64,000 nt of DNA from Trichosphaerium sp. ATCC 40318 (Eukaryota > Protista > Tubulinea), in assembly GCA_038496445.1 (NCBI GenBank), contig JALMLS010000455.1, positions 372,001 to 436,000 on the forward strand, given 5' to 3'. Each line of letters starts with the position of its first letter. The first letter of the stretch is position 1. This document shows, one piece after another, positions 14,098-24,979 of this stretch. The translations under genes and the position numbers were made by a program. The notes below the pieces were generated by a model. That model was not told the DNA's origin and searched no databases. It was given only the letters and a program-made list of their open reading frames with translations.

Positions 14098-15883
14098 ATG
14101 AATAGGATAGGAGGAAGAAATAGACCTCTAGAAGATGATATAAATAAAGAAAAAAGAAGGCGTTCTGGTGGATTTTTTCAAAATAGCGTACCCTTTGTTA
14201 GATCCAAGATATTTGGTTCGTCATCCGATAGACATGATAGTAAACCAATGGCATATTGGAATAAAGTATATATTGGAAAACATGGAGAAGAAATAATCGT
14301 ACGAGACGACTTCGACCATTCTTTTTCTATCTATTTTGTTTGTGCTTTTAAGTACAGCTTGCTTACTATGCACTAAGGATACGTGTGTTCCAGAAATATC
14401 TGTTTCTATACATGTTGTAGAATGGACTGCCGGTGATCGTACGCTAAGAGGTCGCCTCTATTCGCCAAGAGACACTACAGAATTTAACGGAAAACTTGTC
14501 GTTTTATATTCTGGGTCAGGGGGATCAGCTGAAACTTATTCTCTTGCTATAGCTGTTGAATATGCGTATCTGGGATGTAAGGTACTACGCGAGGACATGT
14601 TTGCAATTTTCTTTGCTAGACTTTTTTTGGTCTTTCTGTCACGTGACATGTAAATTGGGAAAAAACATGAAAAGTTATTAAACTAAGTTTCACTATTAGT
14701 GTTTGGCTTTAGATTACCAAGGGTATGGAGCAAGTACTTCAGCTTCATATGTGTTCAAAAAGAAACATAAAAAATACGAATCAGGTACTACAATATAAGA
14801 TAGAATTTTGAAAGTGTTCTTCCATTTTTTTCTTTCTTTTTTTTGTTCACCAGCTATCCATTATAATACCTCAAGTTTTTTCATAGAATAAAACTTGAGG
14901 TTCAACGAGGTAGAGTAAAAATTAAAGTAAGAATTTATGTGATTAGAACAAAGTTGTATGAAAGCGAATGCCTCAGAAACTTCAATGTCGTTTTTCGATT
15001 TTTTTTTTGTTTTTTTTTCTTCATCTTTTTTCTTATGTATGTTGTGCTTTAGGTATATCAAAACTTAATGAAAATAGTCTACTATCTGATGGTATTGCTA
15101 TGTATAACTGTGCTCTCAAAACTGTAAAATGTAAAAAGGGAGAAAGGAAAATATATTTCAAACCACGTGATATAATAATACATGGATACTCTCTTGGTGG
15201 TCCTGTGGCCTCATTTACAGCTTATAAAGCTGCTTGTAAAAATCAATTAGTATGTGGAGTTATTTTGGATAGAATAATGCCATCTGTCAAAGAAGGAGTA
15301 TCAATGCATGGTACGATAGCTTTTTTTTTTTCTTGAAGCTTTCTTATTTTTTTCTAATTTTGTTTACAAAGGATACCCGTCTCTTGGTGGTTCTGTAGCA
15401 AAATATGTAGTTGGAAGATTGAGTGTAGCAATATGGCTATCTAAATTACGTTCTATATATGATACACTACCTCTTCTTGTGATAGCAGCTGGACAACTCG
15501 ACCCACTCTCAAAATTCGACACAAGAATAAGTACGATTTTTTTTCGCTTTACTAATTTCGTGTTGACCTTGAAGTCTCTTCTAATGTTGCTTCTACAAGG
15601 TTTCTTTGCTGAGGTTCTTGGGTTCAAAAACGCAAGAAGAGAGGTCGTTATTGATGCTAAACATAAAGATCATTCAATGGTAATGAGAGCTACAGCAAAG
15701 GCTTTAACAATGATTATAAAAAACGATACTTCAGACTTTGCAAATCAACATCATGTGGTTTCTTGGAGTGGACACAAAAAATCATTATCTACATTCAACT
15801 TGAGCAATCTGACAAAGATTCTATCAACAGCAGATATAGATACACAAGGAAGCGAGGTGATGTCGATAATGTCAGATATGTAA
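14098..15883 (+). CDS. Alpha/beta-hydrolase (lipase) resembling the MARTX toxin ABH effector domain
   Basis: GKLVVLYSGSGGSAE, LDYQGYGAS, nucleophile elbow IIIHGYSLGGPVA (15172-15210), GVILDRIMPS, and a late His (KDHS). Five introns. Confidence 0.85.
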
Positions 15884-16272
15884 AAAGAAAACGCGCTTGT
15901 ACAAAAAAAACAAAAAGAAACTGAAAAGACACGTGTATCAAAAAAATTATGTCTCAGAAAATTCTTCAGGTGTGTCTCGTGAATATACGTTTCGAAAAAA
16001 AGCTTCTGGGTCACGTGGTTTGCTAACACCTTTGTAAACCCGATGACAGAATCTATTTCCTCAAATAGCATGTGAGAGTACTTTATCGTACTGGTAAAAG
16101 AAAACTTCAAGGATTTATAATTGAAGATGCAATCAAAAGGCCGGTATGTCTGACATAGCAACTAAACTTACGTGTAGAAGTTACTAAATGCTAAGACAAC
16201 CATAATTTCACTAATAACTGGTTTTGGGATAAGCGCAGCTCTAAACTTTATAATTACAGTAAGAATATTTAT

Positions 16273-17706
16273 CTAGTTAACATCTGCTCTCAAGCTCTTG
16301 ATACATTCATCTGTTACTAGAGTATTTTCAACTTCAATGGTGTGTACTCCTTTTAGTTCTTTGACACCTTCATCTGTGACTGCTGTGTTGTTAAGACCAA
16401 TGCTATGTACACCCTTTAGTGCTATGATTCCTTCATCTGTGACTGCTGTGTCTTCAAGGTTAATAGTATGTACACCTTTTAGTGCTTTGACACCTTTATC
16501 TGTGACTGCTGTGTTGTTAAGACCAATGCTATGTACACCCTTTAGTGCTATGATTCCTTCATCTGTGACTGCTGTGTCATCGAGGTTAATAGTATGTACT
16601 CCTTGTAGCGCTTTGATGCCTTTATCCGTGACTGCAGTGCTATCAAGATAAATAGCATGTACACCTCTTAGTGGTCTGATTCCATTATCTGTAACTGCAG
16701 TGTTATCAAGGCTGATAGTATGGACACCTTTTAGTGCCCTGATGCCTTTATCTGTGACTGCTGTGTTGTCAAGGCTGATAGTATGGACACCTTTTAGTGC
16801 CCTGATGCCTTTATCTGTGACTGCAGTGTTATCAAGGTAAATAGTATGTACACCTTTCAACGCTTTGACACCTTTATCTGTGACTGCAGTGTTATCAAGG
16901 CAAATAGTATGTACACCTTTCAATGCTTTGACGCCTTTATCTGTGACTGCAGTGTCATCAAGATCAATAGTATGCACACCCTTCAATGCTTCAACGCCTT
17001 TATCTGTGACTGAAGTGTCATCAAGGTAAATAGCATGGACACCTCTTAATGCTTTGATTCCTGTATCTGTAATATTCTTGCAATTTGAAAGTATAATTCT
17101 ATGTACACCAGACAATCGTTGAAGGTCGTAATCGTCTATATTACTTTTTTTTGAGAAACTAAGGTTTTTACAAGCAGATAATACTGAAGCCAAACTACCT
17201 TTTAAAACCCCACAACAAATTTCAGTATTGTTTATAATACCCTTGTACTGTTGGATCCTAACAATATCTTCGGCACGTGATAGATAAATCTTAGTGTATC
17301 CAACAATATCATGAATGATATCTGACAGCACGTGACACGATTGAACAATACTAAACCTTGTTTTGCCGTCAGTTAGCCGCAGTATTTTTGATAGTATCTC
17401 TGGCGGTAAATCGAGGATGTCTTGCTCTTTTCTAGTCAATACGTGCTTGGTTTCGCCTTTTCTCGTGACAAGGTAAAGTTCAGGACCTGTTAAATGAATA
17501 TTCGTTGTATTTGTGGTGATATCCGCATGTTTGAAGAGAATATGATCTAGGTTCTTTAATAGAGCAGCATTTGATACTTTTAAGAAACTCTCAAGTTGGT
17601 TTATGAAGGTTTCACGCTGTTCTGTTTTAATTCTACTAAACTCTTCCTGACGATTCTCTTGGTAATACGTGAGTGCTTGCTCTACTGAAATACTGTACGA
17701 ATTCAT
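16273..17706 (-). CDS. Intronless F-box + leucine-rich-repeat protein
   Basis: F-box ILDLPPEILSKIL...QSCHVL followed by about 13 22-aa repeats (LKGVHTIxLDNTAVTDKGxxA). First true ATG at 17706. Confidence 0.9.
   Translation of the reverse strand: MNSYSISVEQALTYYQENRQEEFSRIKTEQRETFINQLESFLKVSNAALLKNLDHILFKHADITTNTTNIHLTGPELYLVTRKGETKHVLTRKEQDILDLPPEILSKILRLTDGKTRFSIVQSCHVLSDIIHDIVGYTKIYLSRAEDIVRIQQYKGIINNTEICCGVLKGSLASVLSACKNLSFSKKSNIDDYDLQRLSGVHRIILSNCKNITDTGIKALRGVHAIYLDDTSVTDKGVEALKGVHTIDLDDTAVTDKGVKALKGVHTICLDNTAVTDKGVKALKGVHTIYLDNTAVTDKGIRALKGVHTISLDNTAVTDKGIRALKGVHTISLDNTAVTDNGIRPLRGVHAIYLDSTAVTDKGIKALQGVHTINLDDTAVTDEGIIALKGVHSIGLNNTAVTDKGVKALKGVHTINLEDTAVTDEGIIALKGVHSIGLNNTAVTDEGVKELKGVHTIEVENTLVTDECIKSLRADVN
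16290..17110 (-). repeat. 66-bp tandem repeat array encoding the LRRs, with a 132-bp higher-order duplication
   Basis: The unit tctgtgactgc(t/a)gtgtt...tacacc recurs every 66 bp. Units 9-10 and 11-12 form a near-identical pair, and units 6 and 7 are near-identical. Confidence 0.9.
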
Positions 17707-18076
17707 ACTTTGATGTAAGTTGTAACTGTTGCTTTGTGGCTTTCCGTTGACTTTGAAAAAAAAGGAGTTTGAAAAACTTTTAGGAAAACAACCCGCTGTT
17801 TTAAAAACCTCCACAACACCATTTACATGCTGCGTAAGGTTTCACCTCACTCTGGTAGCAAGTGCGTTACTACGCATTTGTCGTTAGTTTATAAAACGTA
17901 CTCTTAAAACAAAACTTGTTTTTGTGGATAATAAAGTACACGAAATGTTGGACTTGTTCCTTTAATTTTTTTTGTGGTACGTGACTAATTCATAGTTGCT
18001 ACTTTTTTAACATATGCACATAGGCTTAAAATGATGAACTTAGTGGTGCTATGTGTAAATAGCACTACGCTCAGTA

Positions 18077-19058
18077 TTACCCATCTTCCCAATCTTTTAC
18101 CAGCATAGCTGCTATCATTATGAAGGCTTCTTCAACTATAAACATATTAGTATGCTAAGTTAAACACTTGAAGAATACATACCATTTGTTGCTTCAGTTG
18201 CAGATGTCTCAAGTAAATGTAGGCCTAGAGCATCAGCAAACCTCTTTTTTAATGTTAATAGTTTTAAAGGAAGTATATATTTACCTCAGCTTCCTCAGTA
18301 TCAACAACACAGTTTTCAAGTTGGTCTTTTTTGTTTCCAACAATTAATACTTGTGGTTCTCGTCCATATCTGTCAATTTCTTGTATCCACTTTACTACAT
18401 TGCGAAAAGTATCTTTCGCAGTACTGTCATATACAATCACTATGCCTTGTACACTTGAAATACAACGACCTATTTTTAGGGATCTTCTTTCAGTCCCTTC
18501 ACAAAGTAAAGAACCAAACAAAATTAGGATGTGAGTTGTGTACAGCAACTGTCAACCATGTGAGTATCCCAAATATGTAAGGCTACTTTTTTATCATAAC
18601 ATGTAATGGTTTTCCTGTATGTAGACACCTGTAACTAATCACGTGTCACAAAGTAGTAATTAAAAGTTACATATTGGCTACCAACATACAAAGCCAGGGT
18701 GTTCATCATATACGATTCTAGACGAGTCATCATCAATGAAGCTATCTATCAAAGAACTCTTTCCAACACCACAATCTCCAATGACACAGATTCTGATATG
18801 ATAATCGCTGCATACATGTAAACAACAACAGTGACTACAAACATCTATTGTACTATGAAATCTGAGGCTTATTTGCAACATGTGGAGCGTTAAAAGCATC
18901 TATAAAGAAATAAGTCACCTAAAACAATACAATTGCATCAAAACACTCACACATAGCACATATGTCTAAATTTTGCATTGTGAAGTAAAATAGTGGTATT
19001 TGCATGTCATGCAATCACTTGTACCTTTATTTTTGTTTCGTTTGGTGCTATTACCCAT
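18077..19058 (-). CDS. Divergent Rab1-like small GTPase with MGN- N-terminal extension
   Basis: YDYHIRICVIGDCGVGKSSLI, LHIWDT, GIVIVYDST, KWIQEIDRY, VGNKKD, ETSA, VEEAF. Spliced N-terminus MGNSTKRNKNKDICAM. Confidence 0.82.
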
Positions 19059-19610
19059 TGTAATACAGCGAGACGACTCTGGTTTTAGTTTGCTGCTTGT
19101 TAAATATAAAATGTGTGGTGTTCCTGTGGAATTATAGCATACAGGATTTGACTGCTATTTTGTTTTTAAGGTTAAGATTACTTTTTAAAGGCCACTGATA
19201 GGCTACCTATGTTCACAAACCATCCTAAAAGTCAGGCTTAAAACGCAAAATAGCGCGTATTTCAGGTCAAATCTGCAAGCATAGACAACAACAGTCAATG
19301 TAAAGCTACAGAGATTTCATAGTACAGCTACTTAGTTTTTACCTTGATAACATGGTGGTCACAGATGAAGGCACCACTTGTTGCTCTAACAACATATAAA
19401 CAAGTGGTATATCTGCCAATTTACAGTTGCAATGATACCTGCAATAACGTTGCCTCTACCAACATTACTACAACACAATCTGCATAAACAATTCCCCTAA
19501 AATTCCAAGATCCACACTTCCACCTAAAAACACTAGCTAGTATCACCAACAACATTACTACCAATACTTTTGCATCCAATAAAATCGACATTGTTATTTA
19601 CATGGCTCTT

Positions 19611-22600
19611 TTATTTAATTACTATCAAAGAGCGTTTTGTACATATTCTCCTCTTTGTGGCAATAGAATAGATGAGTTTAGGGTATCACTTTCAACACCT
19701 GGTGTCATTAGCTTTACTTTACCTGAGAACACTTGTTAGAACAATTGTGAAGACAAAGGTAAAAAAAAGTGTGCTTACCTAATACTGGTGCATCTTTGCT
19801 TGGAGGTATTAATGATAGTGGCTCTACAGTGGTATCTATAGAACATACGATATCAGGTCGTATTTTCCTAATTGTAGCAACAAGTGTCTCTAAATCACCT
19901 TTCCACCAATACGGAACAAGAACTAAAGAAACACCTATAATTCATAAGAACAAAAAAATCACCAATCTTCTCAACAAATTGCAAATAACTCCTCACAAAA
20001 ATACTGTATTGTACTTTAAAAAGCGTGCAGTTTGTGAGGTCAACATTAGGTGAAACCTGGTTTGCTGTAACTGTGAACAAGACAGTACAAAAACAAAGCC
20101 AACTAGCACTTTTTTTTTCCAAAAAACGGGCACGTGCCTATATCTTCGCAGACTTGGCGTTTTTCTATATCCAACACTTCTCTTTGAGTTACATGAGGCC
20201 CTTCAGGAAATATTTTATCTTGATAGTGCTGCTCTCCTTGGTACTCAAGAGCCAAACTTTTATCAGGAACAAAAACATCTACAGTAAGAAGTACTCCAGA
20301 ATTGTATCTTGTGCCAATATAATGTTCTTCTCGTACTTCCGAATCTGGAAGAGCTTGTTTAACTCTATTAATAAGAGTCCTACGAATATGAGCGTTTACA
20401 ACAAAATGAGTCAATTCACTGAAAAAAGAGACAAAAACAAAAAAGACGAAAGGAGCACTTCCCCGTGCACAAGATATTATATTTAAGTGTTGGCGTAATA
20501 AATACGATAATCATAGTTATGGGGAAAGCAGTTGAACATAGCGAAACTAATCACATGGGTTTTGATGAACTCAGGCGTACATTTGTTTTGACTTTTTAGA
20601 ATGATTTTTAAACTTCTGCCATTGCCAGTTGTATGAATCATCCAAAGATGTCAAACATCTAGGATAATAAGGCATTATACCTGAACCACCTAGATTAGCA
20701 ATCTGTGTTGTGGACAGCCGATACCTAAAGAACAAAAAGTTACTATTAAAACACAAGGTATAACTATTGACTGCGAAACGAGCATGCCACTTACCATCCT
20801 TCGGCATTTGTGATATTTAAAGCTTTCTGTACATGTCTGAGAAACGATATTTGTTTGTCTGGGTGCAACCAAGCGCCTTTAGGAGCAGCAGGACTAATAA
20901 CAGTAAATCCAAAAAACCCGAAAACGAAAAGCAAAAATAAAAACTCACGTAAAATCCCAATTGTGCTTGTCGTATACGTCCATTAGAGCATTGTTAAGTG
21001 AGTATTTATATGCTGATAATAGAGGATGTATATTATATTTATATAAATCACGTTCTCTGATTGTTAACCAATCATCAAGTATTTTTAGTTCTAACTTTTC
21101 AGCAATAGAATCTAACTTTTTTCTTTCAAGTAATATTCTACCATCCCATGTATTATTAGGTGCATTCCTAAGTATTCATAAGAATCCAATAGCATACTAT
21201 AGTACGTAATTTATTGGCGTAACATGAAGAAAGTACGGGTAAAAAGCTATAAATGGAAGAAAAAACGAAAAAAAAACAATGTTAGTCCATGACCAACAGT
21301 CATTCTGTCTGGCTCTTGGAGTGCAAAAATTAATAAAATAGGTTACCTGGACCAATTATATTCTGGAAAAATAGACTTAAGGGCTCTAGAAATCGATCCA
21401 CGATAGCTATTCAAGAAGAGTTATAATCCTAATGAAAATATTTTTATCTACTTACATTTGTAGTATATTTTGAGCACCGCATACTTCCAAGTCTGCTGGT
21501 AGTACATTATACCAATCATCATAAGTACTTAAAGAAAGAATCTCAGACACATATTCTAGTTTATATCTCTGGTTGTCTATTTTATTCCAAAACGTGAAAG
21601 GAAGCCATCTAGACACACGTGTTATCACAGCTTTTTTTTTGGTGGTCTGACGTACTTAAATCGCCATTGTTTCCATTCATAGTTAGGATAGATATCCTTG
21701 ATTGCTGTACTTATAGAAGCATATCTTTGGATACCGTTATTACAAAGAGAAATTAAATATAGAAGTGACCTACTTATTTACAACTTGGGCTCCAATTTTA
21801 CCAAGCTCTTCTGTTGAGATATCATACAAACCTTCAAGGTCAGTAATTCCAAGGTCTTCGCTTATATCCTCCAAGTATCCTCTACACCTTTCTTTATCAT
21901 CCCAGTGCCCCATTGGTGCACATCTAAACGAAGCATATTGTGATCAACAATAGAACCAAAAGGAAATGAAGTTTAACAGTGTTTTAAAGAAATGCAATCA
22001 ACAAGCCTTCTTAGCTCAGCGGTAGAGCGAACGGTTCTTGTCCGTTTGGCCATGGGTTCAATCCCCATAGGAGGCTGTAAATGCTTTTGACGCCTACATT
22101 CATTGTACGCAAACTAAAATTCATACATTTGCACACTTTGAATTTCAAAGAAAAGCATAGAATCGACGTGAAACGTACTTGAAGTTCAATACTTGCCAGT
22201 CATGATTAGGATATAAAGTTTTCATCATATTATAAACAGATCCTGAGTATCTAAGGATAATTTTAGAACCACAGAGACAGAGTATGATCAAGCAAATGAG
22301 ACGAATTTTCGCTTTAAATTCGATCATTGAAAATAACAATTTTTTGACCTGTTAGTCTTTACGGATAAACGTACACGTTCATTACTCTGACAGCATTGTA
22401 TTCTTTCATGTCACGCGAAGTGACAGCATACCAATCATCTAGATGTTTAAAGTTTATTTCCTCGCTTATTTGCTCCAATCTTTCTTTCTGGTTACGCTCA
22501 TTACTCCAGTGACCTCTAGGAGTGCGTTGTATGCGCCTTTTGCTGTCACCTATAGAATTAGTAAATCAAACGCGCCTTATATTCCTAAAACGGTCTTTGC

Positions 22601-22675
22601 TAGGGATATCTAGGCGTATCCGCTACCTTTTTTGTGGTTTTCTCTGTTTCTCACCAGGCGCCGTGTATGCGCCAT
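19611..22675 (-). CDS. Trp/Tyr-rich helical-repeat protein with C-terminal PD-(D/E)xK-like (RAP/Vsr-type) endonuclease domain
   Basis: Five repeats starting PRGHW, PMGHW, PFTFW, PNNTW and PKGAW, each with D(D)WY...Y.GS...AL..(L/I)YP...W. Then LTVDVFVPDKSLALEYQGEQHY...DIEKRQVC..IGVSLVLVPYWW...LVATIRKIRPD. One junction near 21170-21345 is unresolved and the start is tentative. Confidence 0.8.
22005..22076 (+). tRNA. tRNA with CTT anticodon (Lys-like), atypical anticodon loop; intronic and antisense to the host gene
   Basis: 72-nt cloverleaf: acceptor GCCTTCT/AGGAGGC, D stem GCTC/GAGC, anticodon stem AACGG/CCGTT, T arm ATGGG-TTCAATC-CCCAT. Intact A and B boxes, TTTT at about 22085. Confidence 0.85.
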
Positions 22676-23460
22676 TCTACGGCCTTAAAACCGGGTATGT
22701 ATCATGCTACAATGCTTTATTACACAAACCAGTCAACCTTTATCAACAAAAACTAACACGGTGAAACCCTTTCACATCACAGTTTCCTATAATTCCAATT
22801 GAGAGACAACAAAACTACCAATTACAGCGACTTTGCAACAGGCAAAAACCAACTCAGTTGACCCCTAAGCGATTCTTCTATAAATCGTGTCATTCCAACT
22901 ATGTTGCAATACTGCAACTAGTTAGATGAGTTGTTGTAAATCATTAATAGCTGACAAACAAAAAATAGGTTACAGTCTCTGAGAGACTTCATATCAACTA
23001 GGTAGCTCTTTATTTTGTATTGTTATTGTTTCTTACAGCAAGACAAACAACTGTATGATGCCCAAAGTTATAGATTGGTACCTAATTCTAGCTCTGTTGT
23101 GAACTTTGTACTTGGCTTGCGCCTCGAAACTTTGTGATTCTTAATTTAGTCTGATAGGTGGTACACTCCAGTATCGATTGTTACCACTTTACTGCGCGTT
23201 GTGGGTCTGTTGAAACATTGACTTGAAGACATAATGGTCTGTTAAACATTTGATAGCGAGCGAAACTTCGAGAGTTAATTGCAATCAGTGAAGACTGCAT
23301 AAAGTATTTAGCACTTGCAAAGATCGAGCGATGCTGTTGAGTCTTAAACAGGCATGAAGGCTGTTGAGAGAAGATTTGTTGTCTCAGTGTTAAGCAAACT
23401 CTAAACGTTGAGTTTAAGCTTTGTTACCTTTTAACTTCGTACACCACTCGCAAGCAAACC

Positions 23461-24587
23461 ATGGATGCGTTAAAGCCTTATTTAGTGCATTTCGAGCCAG
23501 TCGTTGCGTTTATTACAACCAACGCTACAATAGTGTCTAGAATAAGCGCGGTAGGCGCCACTATTGTATATTGCAGCGTTTCTATGTACTTATCAGCTCG
23601 AAAATTACGGAAGGCTCTTACAGACAAGGAAAAGTTCGCCAAGAGCATCAATATAGCGAAATACACTGGTACGCGTAATTACAGAGCGAAAACTTCAAAA
23701 AAAGCAAGTTGAACTTCACGTTCTAATAAACAGTTAGTTCCTACTCATAGTGCCGTTCTTGGTAAGATGCCATGGATATTCAAAGCTTTTATTGGTTATA
23801 TTACTTTCAGGCCAACCCTGTGGCGCAGTATCCAAAAAAACAACTTTTTTGTTTGTTATTACAACTTCTGTTGTTGGAATGATTGTTCTCTTTAACGTCT
23901 CTTATATCTTCTTGTTCACTACATGGTTGGAGAAAAAGCAGAGTGGTGAGTATAATAAAGTTCTATTTGTTCAACATTGACGCACGTGACAGGTGGAACG
24001 AAATGGATGACAAAGTCATTCTTGGTGCTTTGCCATTTTCGAGAAATGTGAAGCAACTTCACGATCAAGGTACCTCCAACGAAGTAGCTTTGCCACACTA
24101 ATATTTTAATACAAAGGTGTTGTTGGTGTAATTAACACATGTGGCGAATATGGCGGTCCTGTGGATGAATACAAGAAGCTTGGCATAACTCAAATTATGC
24201 TTCCAACGCCTGACTTTACATCACCAACACTTGAACAGATTGATAAGGGCATAGCATTTATTAGAAGACATGCAGTAGATGGCAAGAAAGTTTATGGTAG
24301 GAAGGAATTGAACCTTGTCTTTTGCTGCACACCACAAACGTGGCAGAACCAGCAAAAGAAAAGTAATAATGAGCTATAAATAGTAACGTTGTTTTTTTTT
24401 AGTGCACTGTAAAGCAGGTAAAGGTAGAAGTGCGACAGTTGTTATATGTTACCTAATGGCTCAGTACAATATGACTCCACAAGAAGCACAGATGCATATG
24501 ATTAGAAGAAGACCACAAGTTTGTAAGTATCTTTGGGATAGAAAAGAAGTTGTATCTTATCAAAAAAAGATAACAAATTACTCTTAA
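23461..24587 (+). CDS. PTPMT1: PTPMT1-like dual-specificity (phosphatidylglycerophosphate) phosphatase with N-terminal TM extension
   Basis: TFRPTLWRNLL, WWNEMDDKVILGALPF, GVINTCGEY, LPTPDFTSPT, and P-loop VYVHCKAGKGRSA. Confidence 0.88.
23828..23905 (+). other. U12-type (minor) intron with GT-AT termini in the PTPMT1-like gene
   Basis: Donor GTATCCA, branch TCTTTAAC 9 nt before the end, in-frame stop if retained, no AG inside. The AT end restores TLWR-N-LL. Confidence 0.72.
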
Positions 24588-24979
24588 TAGCTGAAATAAA
24601 ACATAGTTTCTACCCATTTAACACATGTACATTTACTTCACAAGCATATCAGTTGCTATAGTATAATGATACAAGAGCAGCAATAGCGTACAAAGTCGTC
24701 CCTACTTTAACTCAGGTCTGATACTTTTTATTTTGTTCTTAGCTAAAGGACTTGCTCTATTTTTTTTAATTCGGTAGTGCAAGTCGTACCAAGCAGTAAC
24801 CAAAAACCCAGTAATTGTAAGGAACGCGAAAGCGTCCATTATCTACTAATTGATAGAACAATATTCATAGCTTCGCAGTTTGGGGTCCACAAGACGAGGT
24901 AACAGTCAACCTTGGTCCATAAGAATTCGCTAGTTTGTTTTTTTTATTTGTAGCAAGAGTATTTCTACATACTGGGCTA

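Noticed and set aside
16298-16651. Antisense repeat ORF, and many other short six-frame ORFs (e.g. 28579-28875, 29720-30632, 55936-56223)
   Set aside because: They are shadows of real genes on the opposite strand or run through introns.
16290-17110. Possible CRISPR-like array
   Set aside because: The 66-bp units are contiguous coding repeats with no unique spacers, in a eukaryotic context with no cas genes.
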